Below, piece after piece: positions 1 through 11,929 of a stretch of 64,000 bases of DNA (the stretch's first letter is position 1; every line of letters begins with the position of its first letter). The stretch comes from Octopus vulgaris (Eukaryota): positions 31,434,001-31,498,000 of the forward strand of contig OX597819.1 of assembly GCA_951406725.2 (NCBI GenBank). Direction: 5' to 3'. A program made the translations under genes and the position numbers. The notes beneath the pieces are model-generated. The model made no database searches and had not been told where the DNA came from. It was given only the letters and a program-made list of their open reading frames with translations.

Positions 1-339
1 GCATTGTGTTCTTGAGTAAAGCACTTCATCATCCATTGTTCTGTGATCAATTTGACACCTGATGTGTGGTACTCCATGTATATGTTCAGGCAGCGTCAAT
101 ATGCAGGAGGAAGTGAGCTAATGTACTGCACATTTGATCCCCATAAACATATCATTTGTGCAAGTTGTTTGGCAAGATATTCTCAGACTACAAGAGATTA
201 CTGTTATTCTTAATTGCTGATTGTCTGTAGTGCTGACTGTGTCCATAATCTCTCTCCATAACAGACTTTGGTCAAAATAGAATACTTGCATGTTTCTTTT
301 CCGCAACATGTACACAGATCCCATCCAAAGATCAATTAT

Positions 340-495
340 ACATGCTTTCCAACCACATGGTCCCAGGTTTCAATCCCACTGCATGGCACCTTGAGCAAAT
401 GTCTTCTGCTATAGCCTCAGGTTAACCAAAATCTTGTGGGTGGATTTCGTAGATGGAAACTGAAAGAAGCTTATTGTATGTGTTTTTGTGTGTGT
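340..495 (+). mobile_element. SINE family B (tRNA-derived, CORE-like), partial CpG-depleted copy
   Basis: Matches the head of full copies such as 23753-24210 (ccaaccacatggttcc...ggaaactgaaagaagc), but nearly every CpG is converted to TG/CA. Confidence 0.85.
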
Positions 496-552
496 AGTCA
501 ATTTGAGGATGTAATTTCCTCCTTAGGGATTATGAATTCCAGAATTTCCACA

Positions 553-905
553 ATCATCATCATCATTGTTTAATGTCCACTTTCCATGCTAGCATGGGTT
601 GGACGATTTGACTGAGGACTGGTGAACCAGATGGCTGCACCAGGCTCCAATTTGATCTGGCAGAGTTTCTACAGCTGGATGCCCTTCCTAATGCCAACCA
701 CTCCGAGAGTGTAGTGAGTGCATTTACATGCCACCGGTATGAGGGCCAGTCAGGCGGTACTGGCAACAGCCACGCTCAAGTGGTGTTTTTTACGTGCCAC
801 CTGCACAGGAGCCAGTCCAGCGGCACTGGCAGCGACCTTGTTCAAATATCTGTTCATGTGCCAGTAACGATCATGCTCAAATGGTGCTTTTTACGTGCCA
901 CCGGC
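553..905 (-). mobile_element. RTE-derived non-autonomous retroposon/SINE fragment with (GAT)n tail
   Basis: The minus strand carries gttggcattaggaagggcatccagctgtagaaac, an RTE 5'UTR-type motif, and ends in (gat)n. It has short internal repeats (cggtactggcaac/cggcactggcagc; ttttacgtgccacc x2). Confidence 0.65.
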
Positions 906-1873
906 GTAGGGATAAGCAATCTAATTTACAGTTATATTAATATAATAAAATAGAGATACTCTTTACGACAAACACTTTTTTCTAGCAGACCCGTAAAGCA
1001 TTAAGTATTAAACTATGAAACGTGAGCCTACTTCATAACGGCCGACTAATACAAAGTACAAAAAAAAAATTGCTAAAGGAATTATTTCCCTTTATACATG
1101 AGTTCTTTCCCTTTGGTCTATTCCACTATTTTATTATTTTTTTTTTAGCAAACCACAAAAATATTACTTCCCTTGTTGACTTTTGAGCCATTGCGTGATT
1201 CAATCTTATTGTCTTTCTTTCATACAATCAATTATGAATAAGATCTTAAGCAAATTATCATTTAAAGTCGTGAATTAAAAAAATTAAAACCCACCAAAAT
1301 ACACGTACGTTCGATCAACTATTTATAAAAAATCAATAGTTATTATTTCTCCATTACTTACTCGCTCCTCTAGTTTATAATAAAAACGAATCAATATTTA
1401 TATATCTCTATCTCTCCTTACCTTGTTTCCCAGGTATAATCTGAGCCAGTGACAGTTACGACTGACTTACACCATCACAGCCGCAGCCGCAACCGCCACC
1501 TCTATCTACTAACTATACGTACGGACATAAAACAGAGACAGTAATTTCTATCCACCTGTGTTAAAGAATCTGACCCTGACATTTTCTGCACTTAAGTACA
1601 TTTTACCGCCCACCGACATTCCACACAGCAGTGATTAAGTCTGTTAGAAATGAAGGCAAATCTAAAAATATGTTTACCGTCATTTCATTTTTGTGTAGTG
1701 GCTTGTTAAGTAAGATGTTTTTGTATCAAGCCTTTTGTCCTGATTTGGTTGTTTTACTTACATGTTCTAACTGAGATTATATCTGTGGGGGCCAACAACT
1801 ATAGTTTTAAATGTATAAATCTCTCTCTCTCTCTCTCTCCTCCACCCTCTCTCTATATAAGTATAAAGGTTTG

Positions 1874-2632
<759 letters not shown>

Positions 2633-2730
2633 TTCCCTGCGCCTAGTGAGAGCGAAATAAAAAATAAATCGCTTAACTTTATAAAAGTATTTAGTTTGTT
2701 CCTTCCACATTCTACAATCAACTCCCCGTG

Positions 2731-3510
2731 GGATTAACTTTGACTTTCAACCTTTAACCCTGAATTCTATGAACGAAATCCTATTTATATATATTTTAGT
2801 TTATGTAAAATATGTGCATTAATATTTAAATCTAATACTTCTTTTTCTGAGGCCGGGCTGGACGATTGCCACCTCTCACTTGTAATGCATTTTCCATATT
2901 CTGGTATTTATTAATTAAAAAAAAAAAGACAATTTTTTTTATCCTCTAAGCTGCCTTGAGAAAAATTAAGTAAAAAGTTATCGTTAGGAATGCGTTATAA
3001 ATGTATCCAAAGACCCAGTTTTCAGATGGGTGACTGTACAACCAATTATAATTTCTATATTTAACATAAAAGGAAAAGTCTGACGTAACATACAAGAATT
3101 AGGTTAAATTAGTTGTAGAAGAATTTATGGAATGTGTTACATAGTTTGGTAATTCCACTCTGAGAGCAATCAATGGTTTTTGTTCCAAATTGGTTCAAAC
3201 AAAATTTTTAACATTTTGTGAAAAATGGCAAAAGAATGTTCCTTTCTTATTTAGGCGGGAAAAGAGGTAATGACCTTGACTTTTCCAAAAGAGAACAGAC
3301 AAATTACCTTTACCTTTATAACATAGAATACAGAGTCCTTGACCTTTACGGATTAACTTTGACTTTCAACCTTTGACCCTGAATTCTATGAACGAAATCC
3401 CATTTATATATGTTTTTTTGTTTATGTAAATTATGCGCATTATATTATTCATTACGGAAACTGTTAATGACCTTGACTTTTGCATATAGAAAGGAATGAG
3501 TTTCCTTGAC
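2731..3510 (+). repeat. Old repeat with a ~90-bp direct duplication and TGACCTTGAC motifs
   Basis: ggattaactttgactttcaaccttt(a/g)accctgaattctatgaacgaaatcc occurs at ~2731 and ~3350; tgaccttgacttt occurs at ~3271 and ~3468. Confidence 0.7.
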
Positions 3511-3709
3511 ATTCATAGGTTCTTGCTTAGTGAAACAGCTGCGGCTAATCTTTAGTTTGAATATTTTTTGAGGTCAATGTTTGCAGAAACAAAGTGAGAA
3601 GCACAAGAATTCGAACGGGTTGCTTTGCCGAGGACGAAGATTCAAGTCAAGTGGTTGGTGATGGGGTGATGAGAGGAGGAGAGTTTGGTGGGTGGAGTAG
3701 TTATTTTAT

Positions 3710-4040
3710 CTTTTACTTTTTATTTGTTTCAGTCATCAGACTAGGGCCATGCTGGGGCCCCGCCTTGAATCGACCGCAGTTTTATTTTATTTCTTAAGGT
3801 TGGTTCTTATTCTATCGGTCTCTTTTGCCGAACTGCTAAGTTACGGGAATGTAAACACACACACACACAAGTATATATATACGATGGGCTTCTTTTCAGT
3901 TTCCGTTTCCCAAACTCATTCACAAGGGTTTGTCAGCCCGAGGCTATACTAGAAGACACTTGCCCGAGGTGCCGCGCAGTGAGACTGAACCCGGAACCAT
4001 CCAGTTGGGAAGCAAGCTTCTTACCACACAGCTTCGCCTG
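3710..4040 (-). mobile_element. SINE family B
   Basis: Reverse complement of the family B consensus with an internal (CA)/(TA) spacer. Confidence 0.88.
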
Positions 4041-4145
4041 TATGTAAATGTAGTACAGTAGAAGAGAGGAGACAGTGCTTGAGCCAGAGGTAGTTATGTG
4101 TTGGTGAATGAGTTGGAGGGTCTTCCTTTGGATGGTATCAGAAAA

Positions 4146-4375
4146 GGCGGCGAGCTGGCCGAAACGTTAGCACGTCGGGCGAAATGCTTAGCGGTATTTC
4201 GTCTGCCGATACGTTGTGAGTTCAAATTCCGCCGAGGTCGACTTTACTTTTCATCCTTTCGGGGTCGATAAATTAAGTACCAGTTACGCACTGGGGTCGA
4301 TGTAATCGACTTAATACCTATGTCTGTCCTTGTTTGTCCCTTCTATGTTTAGCCCCTTGTGGGTAATAAAGAAAT
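4146..4375 (+). mobile_element. SINE family A (tRNA-like head, Meta/MESC-like core), full length with TSD
   Basis: Starts ggcggcgagctggc; B box gagttcaaattcc; core gtcgacttt-cctttcatcctttcggggtcgataaattaagtacc; 12-bp TSD ggtatcagaaaa (4134-4145 and 4377-4388). Confidence 0.92.
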
Positions 4376-4718
4376 GGGTATCAGAAAAGACAAGGATGAA
4401 ACCCTCAATAAGCAGTTTAACATTGAGGTTCTTGTGCTAGACATAATAGAGGATGTAGAGCTACTGATGAGTGACATAAGAGAGCAATGACCTCTGATAT
4501 GGATATGCAGAGGCTGCGGCGATGGTCCCAAACGGAAGGCGGACAATGACAGCAATTTGTTGATGAAGGTGATTGTTAATGACTGTGTCCCATCGTCTTT
4601 GAGGTACTAGCGGTAATTGATGGAACCAGAGAGTACTGGTATTCGCCTCTTGCAGGAACACGTTTATAAAGTAGCGTGGTTCCTGAAATGTTTTCCGTGT
4701 TTGGCAGTTGTCCACGGC

Positions 4719-6462
4719 TTAGTTAGTTAGTTAATTTGGCTCAAAAGCAAATAGCAAGGCCATGTAGGGGGACATGGAGTTAAGTACAGGGTGGTGTTCA
4801 TGTAAAGAGTTCAGGCCACTTGAGGTCCAGGGAGGCTTTGAACAAAGCGGTCGTCGGCATCTTCACCATCTCGTCTGGCAGCTTGTTCCATGGATCCGCA
4901 ACCCGGACGGAGAAAGCTCCTCTCCTTCGATTGAGATGAAATCGTCGCAGGTAGAGCTTTTCGGAATGACCCCGCAGCCGACGCTCTGGAGCAGGAGTGA
5001 AGAACAGCTCTTTCGAGAGGTTACACTTTCCGCTTATGATGTTGTGGGCGAGAATGAGATCACCACGGCGGCGGCGTTTTTCAAGAGAATAAAGGTCGAG
5101 CGTCCTCAGCCTTTCTTCGTAGGACAAATTTTTGAGACCATGAACCATGCGGGTAGCCAGCTTCTGGACTCTTTCGAGATGCTGTATGTCTTTGAGGAGA
5201 TAAGGAGAAGAGGCTTGAATCCCATACTCCAATATGGGTCTCACCAGTGTGACATAGAGTGGTAGGAATATGGCTGCTGTGAGCATTCCGAATGACCGTC
5301 GAATCAAGAACAGAATTCCGCGTGCTTTGTTGGCAGCATGGACGCACTGGGCTGAAGGCGAAAAGGAGGAATCCACCAAGATACCCAGGTCCTTTACCTG
5401 ATCGGTCTTCTCCAGCAGCAGACGACCCGGCTCGAAATCAAGTTGAGTTGCAGGAGTGGAGCCGACAGGCAGATGACAGCACTTTGACACGTTCAGACAC
5501 AGGTCCCAATCGTTAGACCACTTCCAAATTTGGTGGAGGCATCGACGAAGATCCTCTATATTACCGCGAGGAGCGACCAGTTTGATATCGTCGGCAAATA
5601 GAAGGGTGTGTTGCGTGAGGTCGTCGGGCAAGTCATTTATGAAGACTAAGAACAACAAGGGCCCAAGCACTGAACCTTGAGGCACGCCACTGCTCGCACT
5701 GGAGACGTCGGACCGCGAACCATTAACTTGGACTTGGAAGGAGCGATCTGAGAGGAAGGCATCAACCCATCGTACAATATCCGGATGGAAACTATATGCT
5801 TGAAGCTTGACAAGTAATAGGCGGTGGTTTACCGAGTCAAAAGCTTTGGCAAAGTCCAATAAAACGATGTCAACAGCATCACTATCATCGAGGATGCGCG
5901 TCACCAATTCTTCCATTACTAGTAAGTTGGTCAAGCATGATCTCTTCGGCACGAAGCCGTGTTGGGAATCAGAGATAGAGGCTGTGTTTAGGAGGTGGAG
6001 CATCATACTTTTCTTAAGGATGGTTTCGAACATCTTGCTGATTATTGATGTAAGGGAAACCGGTCGGTAGTTAAGCGGGTCTTCGCGGCTCCCTTTCTTG
6101 AAAATTGGGCAGATTATCGCTGTTCTCCAGTCTGCAGGTATAACACCCGTCGCCAATGACATATTGAAAAGTCGTGTTAAGGGCTCGCAGATGACCGGAG
6201 CCAACGCTTTGATAACCCGTGGGTGTATGCCGTCAGGGCCGTGACCCTTGTTGACATCGAGGCCTTGAATAACACGTTTGACTTCGTCCCGCGTGATGAC
6301 CAATCGAAGCATTGGAGGTACCGATCCAACAAATGGAGGGGGTTCACGACCATCATCTTGCTGATGCGTGGCGCTCGTTCGGTTGTAAAATCTTGCTGTT
6401 ACTGGCATCGAACTCGTGTGGCTTCCGTTTATGAAGATGCCATCTCGCTGTTAGGACACGAA
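4719..6462 (-). mobile_element. 5'-truncated CR1/L2-group LINE
   Basis: Contains the RT ORF, a short 3'UTR and an (AACT)n tail (plus strand ttagttagttagtt at ~4719-4732). Confidence 0.92.
4798..6408 (-). CDS. Non-LTR reverse transcriptase (ORF2 C-terminal part, CR1/L2 group)
   Basis: 536-aa open frame with GPDGIHP, NYRPVSLTS, QHGF..RSC.TNL, LDFAKAFDSV, GVPQGSVLGPLLFL, FADD, KDLGI, LERVQKLATRM, RRRRGDLI, LRGH and WNKLP. No endonuclease domain, so it is truncated. Confidence 0.93.
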   Translation of the reverse strand: MPVTARFYNRTSATHQQDDGREPPPFVGSVPPMLRLVITRDEVKRVIQGLDVNKGHGPDGIHPRVIKALAPVICEPLTRLFNMSLATGVIPADWRTAIICPIFKKGSREDPLNYRPVSLTSIISKMFETILKKSMMLHLLNTASISDSQHGFVPKRSCLTNLLVMEELVTRILDDSDAVDIVLLDFAKAFDSVNHRLLLVKLQAYSFHPDIVRWVDAFLSDRSFQVQVNGSRSDVSSASSGVPQGSVLGPLLFLVFINDLPDDLTQHTLLFADDIKLVAPRGNIEDLRRCLHQIWKWSNDWDLCLNVSKCCHLPVGSTPATQLDFEPGRLLLEKTDQVKDLGILVDSSFSPSAQCVHAANKARGILFLIRRSFGMLTAAIFLPLYVTLVRPILEYGIQASSPYLLKDIQHLERVQKLATRMVHGLKNLSYEERLRTLDLYSLEKRRRRGDLILAHNIISGKCNLSKELFFTPAPERRLRGHSEKLYLRRFHLNRRRGAFSVRVADPWNKLPDEMVKMPTTALFKASLDLKWPELFT

Positions 6463-6469
6463 TAATACA

Positions 6470-6700
6470 TATTTCTTTACTACCCACAAGGGGCTAAACA
6501 CAGAGAGGACAAACATGGACAGACAAACGGATTAAGTCGATTATATCGACCCCAGCGCTTAACTAATACTTATTTAATCGACCCCGAAAGGATGAAAGGC
6601 AAAGTCGACCTCGGCGGAATTTGAACTCAGAACGTAGCGGCATACAAAATACCGCTAAGCATTTCGCCCGGCGGGCTAACGTTTCTGTCAGCTCGCCGCC
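6470..6700 (-). mobile_element. SINE family A
   Basis: Full reverse-complement copy (tatttctttac...gctcgccgcc). Confidence 0.9.
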
Positions 6701-6704
6701 TTCT

Positions 6705-6945
6705 TTGAATGCGCATCCAGGCTCAGCGGTTGCGTAGGAAGTCGGGGACAAGAAACAGGAAGAAAGAGCGAGAGAAAGTTGGAGCGAAAGAGTACAATAG
6801 GAGTCGCCCTCCCCCCTAGCAGAGCCTCGTGGAGCTTTAGGTGTTTTCGCTCAATAAACACACACAACGCTCGGTCTGGGAATCGAAACCGCGATCCTCC
6901 GACCGCGAGAGTGCTGCTCTAACCATTGGGCCATTGCGCCTCCAC
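6705..6945 (-). mobile_element. SINE family C (tRNA-derived, resembling the octopus OR-type SINEs), partial
   Basis: Reverse complement of ggaggcgcaatggccca.tggttag.gcagc...ggtttcgattcccagacc with A/B boxes. Confidence 0.85.
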
Positions 6946-7730
6946 TTACTGCAGCAGCTCCACCATTACCTCATACATGCAATCAATGCTGTAGTGTGGG
7001 TCTTACTTAAATCTGGTCGAGACTGAAGTTTATTTACCTACGAGGGTTAAAGATTTTTGTTAGCTTCCAATCTGTTACGTTGCTAATCGGTGTGATTCAC
7101 CTGTGAATTTCAGCAGCAGCAGGTTGAGAGTAACGACCTTTTCAAAGCTACGGAGTCGTAATCGTTGTTCATTGAAGTTTATTAGCGTTAGCACTGACAT
7201 CTCATTGAAGACAAATGTTTAAATTAATACTTGTTAATTACTCTTCTGTATTCTTTTAACTACAAGAAGATAGATGAGTGTGGCTGAGGTAAGACATGAC
7301 ATAAAAAAAAAAATGGTAAATATCATCTCAGAATCATCAACAATAATTTTTTTGGTTATTATTTAGGTTGGAGTTTCTTGCAATCGTGTAAGAAACCCAC
7401 ACATGCCTGATGAAGTTGACGTGGAAAGTACTACATAGCTGCATACCAAGCATATTACACGCTGCCTGTAATCAACACCATGTGTTGATCTCCTGGGGAA
7501 GATGATAGAATTATAAACCAGTTTGATGATGAATCAGATTGGCTTGGTGTACACTTTCTCTACAGCTTGATAAAACGAGGCAACGTAATAGAATGTTCTG
7601 TTCAGAAACACAATGGAATGCCAATGACACACGTTACCCAGGTAACCTTAATAACTGATCTACATTGTAGCTTGAAGATATTTTAACTATAATACACTGT
7701 CAGTACTAACTTAGAAGTGTTTAAGAATAA

Positions 7731-7961
7731 AACACACGAGGAGGTGCCGAAAAGTTCCTGACTTTAACGGTACTATGAAAGGCCTGGTTGGAGGCCCAAC
7801 TTTCCGAGTTCTTTTACAGGGTTTAGAAAAGCTGAAGGACCGCTGCAACATGTGTGTGAATCTGAGAGGGGAATATGTTGAATAAAATCAAAATTAACTG
7901 ATCCTCGTGTATTTTCTTTTACCCAAAGACAGGAACTTTTCAACACCCTCCCTCGTGTGTT
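7731..7961 (+). mobile_element. Internally deleted mariner (MITE) with TIRs
   Basis: TIRs cacgaggaggtgccgaaaagttcctgacttt / aaagacaggaacttttcaacaccctccctcgtg. Retains a mariner transposase C-terminus (..GLEKLKDRCNMCVNLRGEYVE*). Confidence 0.88.
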
Positions 7962-8316
7962 AAACAAAATGGGAAAAATATCCGTTGTACCACAGGAAGC
8001 ACATTTGAACAGTACAGCTGGAGTTAATGTATTACTTGGTCTGAAATCATTGGAATTCATAAGAGATAAGATTCAGATAAGAACCACTTAATCAAGGATA
8101 GAACAAAAAAAAAAAAAATAACATTGATAAAAAATGTATGCAGCCATTATCTTACTTGTTGAGTTTCTCATTTCTTCCAAGGCCAGTGAAAATACTGAAG
8201 AGTTCGGACGTATATATTTTAATGTGTGTAATTCGTTACTTCCTCAGAGTCTCTGGCCGTTGAGTTCAAATCCCGAGATGTATTCCAGTCGATAAAATCT
8301 ACTATATACTGTTATT

Positions 8317-8621
8317 GTGGAGGCGCAATGGCCTAGTGGTTAGGGCAGCGGACTCGCGGTGGCAGGATCGCGGTTTCGATTCCCAGATCGGGCGTTGTGA
8401 GTGTTTATTGAGCGAAAACACCTAAAAGTTCCACGACGCTGCGGCAGGGGGTGGTGATCCCTGCTGTACTCTTTCACCACTCTTTCTCCCACTCTTTCTT
8501 CTGTCGGCCTGCTCGCTTAGCCAGCGGGGTGGCGTCATTCGAAGGCTAAAACAATGCGAACGCATTGTGACCAGCGATGTGTAACTACATCTGATGGTCT
8601 GGTCGGTCACGTGATCACGTG
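8317..8621 (+). mobile_element. SINE family C, full length with TSD
   Basis: tRNA-like head, tail cacgtgatcacgtga, 13-bp TSD atatactgttatt (8304-8316 and 8622-8634). Confidence 0.92.
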
Positions 8622-8689
8622 ATATACTGTTATTAGTGAAACAAACATGTAGTTGTATTTAGTTAAAAGAAATCTTTTCATCTTTTCTT

Positions 8690-8912
8690 TTTCTTTATTA
8701 TCTGTTTTAGTCATTTGGCTGTGGCCATGCTGGAGCACCACCATGAAGGACTTTTAGTTGAATGAATCGACCGCAGTACACATTTTTTAATGCCTGGTTC
8801 TTATTCTAACGGTTTCTTTTTTGCCGAACCGCTAAGATACGGGATGTAAACAACCCAGTACTGGTTGTCAAGCGGTCGTGGGAGACAAACACAGACACAA
8901 AGACACACACAC

Positions 8913-8974
<62 letters not shown>

Positions 8975-9375
8975 TTATATATACGACTGGCTTTTTTCAG
9001 TTTCCTATTTCTTTATTGCCCACAAGGGGCTAAACATAGAGGGGATAAAAAAGGATAGACAAAGGGATTAAGTCGATTACATCGACCCCAGTGCGTAACA
9101 GGTACTTAATTTATCGTCCCCGAAAGGATGAAAGGCAAAGTCAACCTCGGCAGAATTTGAACTCAGAACGTAACGGCAGACGAAATACGGCTACGCATTT
9201 CTCCCAGCGTGTTAACGTTTCTGCCAGCTCGCCACCGTCTACTGAATCAATTCACAAAGCTTTGGTCGGCCCGAGTCTATAGTAGGACGCTTGCTCAAGA
9301 TTGTACGCAGTTGGGCTGAACCCGGAACAATGTGTTTAAGAAGCAAGTTACCTGCCAAACAACCACACCTGCGTC
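8690..9375 (-). mobile_element. SINE family B interrupted by a SINE family A insertion (~9007-9236, -)
   Basis: The B sequence cagtttcc|gtctac is split by a full A copy. Confidence 0.88.
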
Positions 9376-9557
9376 TAAATATAATTTTTTTATTCATTAA
9401 AAGGTTTTTCGCCTCGCAAACCTCTTTATAATCGAAAGAGGAAGTAAACTCAAGTTTTTGAATTAACAAAGCACTTGTTAGTTGTGCAATTTTATGCTTC
9501 ATGTAGTGCAGTCTTGTACCGCCTCATAATACCTGTTTACAGCTAGTTTCACTTTTT

Positions 9558-9772
9558 GGATCTTTTCTGTTTGAACGGCAGTTTTTAAAATAATTTCTAG
9601 GTAACTAAAAAATTTTAACTTCGTATACAAATAAAACCAACAAATATCTTACAAACTATGGAATTTTCTCAATAAAGCCAAGAGAAAAAGATGTTTTATA
9701 AACACATTCTACCAGTATACGAAGTTTACCTAGAAGTTATGTTAAAAACTGCCGTTCAAACCGAAAAGATCC
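9558..9772. mobile_element. MITE family M1 (GGATCTTTTCGG TIR), rearranged copy
   Basis: ggatcttttctgtttgaacggcagttttt ... aaaaactgccgttcaaaccgaaaagatcc. Same family as 37087 and 51569. No TSD visible. Confidence 0.85.
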
Positions 9773-10001
9773 GAGTGCTGTGTCTATAAAATTGTGTATA
9801 AAGTATATAAAGTGTATATATAAAGTGCTCTAAGTAATCATCGTATTCCAGTTCCCTTCACTTTTCAATGATTAGCAGATAAGTGACTGCCTTTTGATAC
9901 AGACACAACACAGGCTACGCTTCCAGGATTTTTGGATAAAGTTTTGTGAAATAACCCATTAATTCCATGAAATATTCACTGGTCCCGCTAGTCAATATTA
10001 T

Positions 10002-10389
10002 GGCGGCGAGCTGGCAGAAACGTTAGCACTCCGGGTAAAATGCTTAGCGGTATTTTGTCCGTCATAATGTTCTGAGTTCAAATTCTGCTGAGGTCGACTT
10101 TACCTTTCATCCTTTCGGGGTCGATTAAATAAGTACCAGTTACGCACTGGGGTCGATATAATCGACTTAATCCGTTTGTCTGTCCTTGTTTGTCCTCTCC
10201 CCTAGTGGGTAGTAAAGAAATAGGTATTTCGTCCGTCATAAAGTTCTGTGTTCAAATTCTGCTGAGGTCGACTTTGCTTTTCATCCTTTCGGAGTCGATA
10301 AAATAAGTAACAGTGAAACGCTGGGGTCGATGTAATTGAGTAGTCCTCTCTCTCATCAAATTTCATGCCTTGTATCTTTAGTAGAAAGG

Positions 10390-10390
<1 letters not shown>
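10002..10390 (+). mobile_element. SINE family A, head-to-tail dimer
   Basis: The second unit begins at ggtatttcgtcc directly after the tail aaagaaata (~10222). Confidence 0.88.
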
Positions 10391-10466
<76 letters not shown>

Positions 10467-10680
10467 GGCGTTGAGGTGGCAGAATCGTTGACACGCCGGG
10501 CAAAATGCTCAGCAGCATTTAGTCCGGCTTTACTTTCTGAGTTCAAATTCCGCCGATGTCAAGGTTACCTTTCATCCCTTTGGAGGTCGATAAAATAAAT
10601 ACCAGTTGAACACTGGGGTCCATGTAATGGATTCATCCCCTCCTCCAAAATTTCTGCCCTCGTGGTAAAATTTGAAACCA
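10467..10680 (+). mobile_element. SINE family A, diverged
   Basis: Recognisable head, B box and core, following (ATT)n at 10392-10464. Confidence 0.82.
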
Positions 10681-10728
10681 TTATTGTTATTGTTAACGTT
10701 ATTCTTATACGTTGCTACTATAGTATAT

Positions 10729-10781
<53 letters not shown>

Positions 10782-11124
10782 TATCACTTGTTGCTGTGAA
10801 AGGAGCTATGCAACAACAGGTTTCGAAGCCGTGCGATTTTGGAAACATTATTTTCTAATGTTGACTCACAGTTTAGTTAGCCATTTATCTAGACGAGTTG
10901 GGAGGATGTATTTATACTGAAATGCCAAATATCCTATGCATTGGCTGAAATCTCTAAGGATTCCGATGACTTTAGACGCGATTATAGTGGCGCCATGATG
11001 CTATCTCAGAGGCCGTTCACTGAAAAGTATCTGATAAGAATAAATTATAAAAGGACATAAAATGGTATGAACGATCCTTGCAACCATAGATCTTGTCGAC
11101 GAAGGGAGACTGCGTGTAGTCGCT

Positions 11125-11320
11125 AGTCTTGCTAGAAATAGCATTAAAATCTCCCTCGAATCACATATAACCATATTAAAAGAAGGAAGGACACATTGGA
11201 TAATTGATGTACTTTTTTTGGTGCGCGAATAGTCTGAAGACTGAAATGAAGACGGGATGTTCACAAATGGAACACCTGTGATCATAGGTATGCTTGATGG
11301 TGGCCCATCTGAAGATTAAG
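11125..11320 (+). mobile_element. Old dispersed repeat family D (retroposon 3' part, often with (CAA)n tail)
   Basis: ctagaaatagca..aaatctccctc.aatcac...gacgggatg...tgatcatagg recurs at ~33350-33540, 33580-33740, 38975-39250, 54850-54950 and 60760-60900, and reversed at ~50960-51080 and 51385-51490. Confidence 0.7.
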
Positions 11321-11515
11321 GAAGAAGAAGACGACGACGACGACGAAGAAGAAGAAGAAGAAGAAGAAGAAGAAGAAGAAGAAGAAGAAGAAGAAGAAGA
11401 AGAAGACGACGACGACGACGACGAAGAAGAAGAAGAAGAAGAAGAAGAAGAAGAAGAAGAAGAAGAAGAAGAAGAAGAAGAAGAAGAACAACAACAACAA
11501 CAACAACAACAACAA
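11321..11515. repeat. (GAA)n/(GAC)n/(CAA)n microsatellite
   Basis: Seen directly; source of the poly-E/D/Q ORF. Confidence 0.97.
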
Positions 11516-11519
11516 AAGG

Positions 11520-11880
11520 GTTTTTAGACGAACAGATCGACTCCAGTTCTTGTTATTTTTAAGTCTGGAACCTATTCTCTCGGCTCCCTTTACCAAACTG
11601 CTAGTTTACGGGGACGTAAACAAACTAACCATGGTTGTCAAGTAGTGAAGGGAGGAAAAGAAATACACACAGATACACAGGCACACAGACGCGCACAAAC
11701 ACATACAGACATATATATAAGACGGGACTCCACGCAGTTTTTTCCTCTACTAAATCTACTCACAATGGCTTTGGTCGGCCCGGGACTATAGTTAGAGACT
11801 TTTTGCTTACGGTGTCGCACAGTGAGACTGAACCCAAAATCAAGTCGTTGCAAAGCGAGCTTCTTAACCACACAGCAAAG
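11520..11880 (-). mobile_element. SINE family B, diverged
   Basis: Reverse complement of the B consensus. Confidence 0.8.
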
Positions 11881-11929
11881 CCTACCTTTATTCTTTCGAT
11901 TACCTGTAATTCAGACCGTTTCATAGTCC

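Noticed and set aside
3722-3745. CTGATGACTGAAAC (minus) hammerhead candidate
   Set aside because: A chance variant of the SINE B tail (caaatgactgaaac); no stem II.
7405-7445. CTGATGA...GAAA hammerhead candidate
   Set aside because: The intervening sequence cannot form stem II, and stems I and III are absent.
8317-8395. tRNA genes at SINE heads
   Set aside because: A/B boxes run directly into repeated SINE bodies with TSDs; no clean cloverleaf or terminator.
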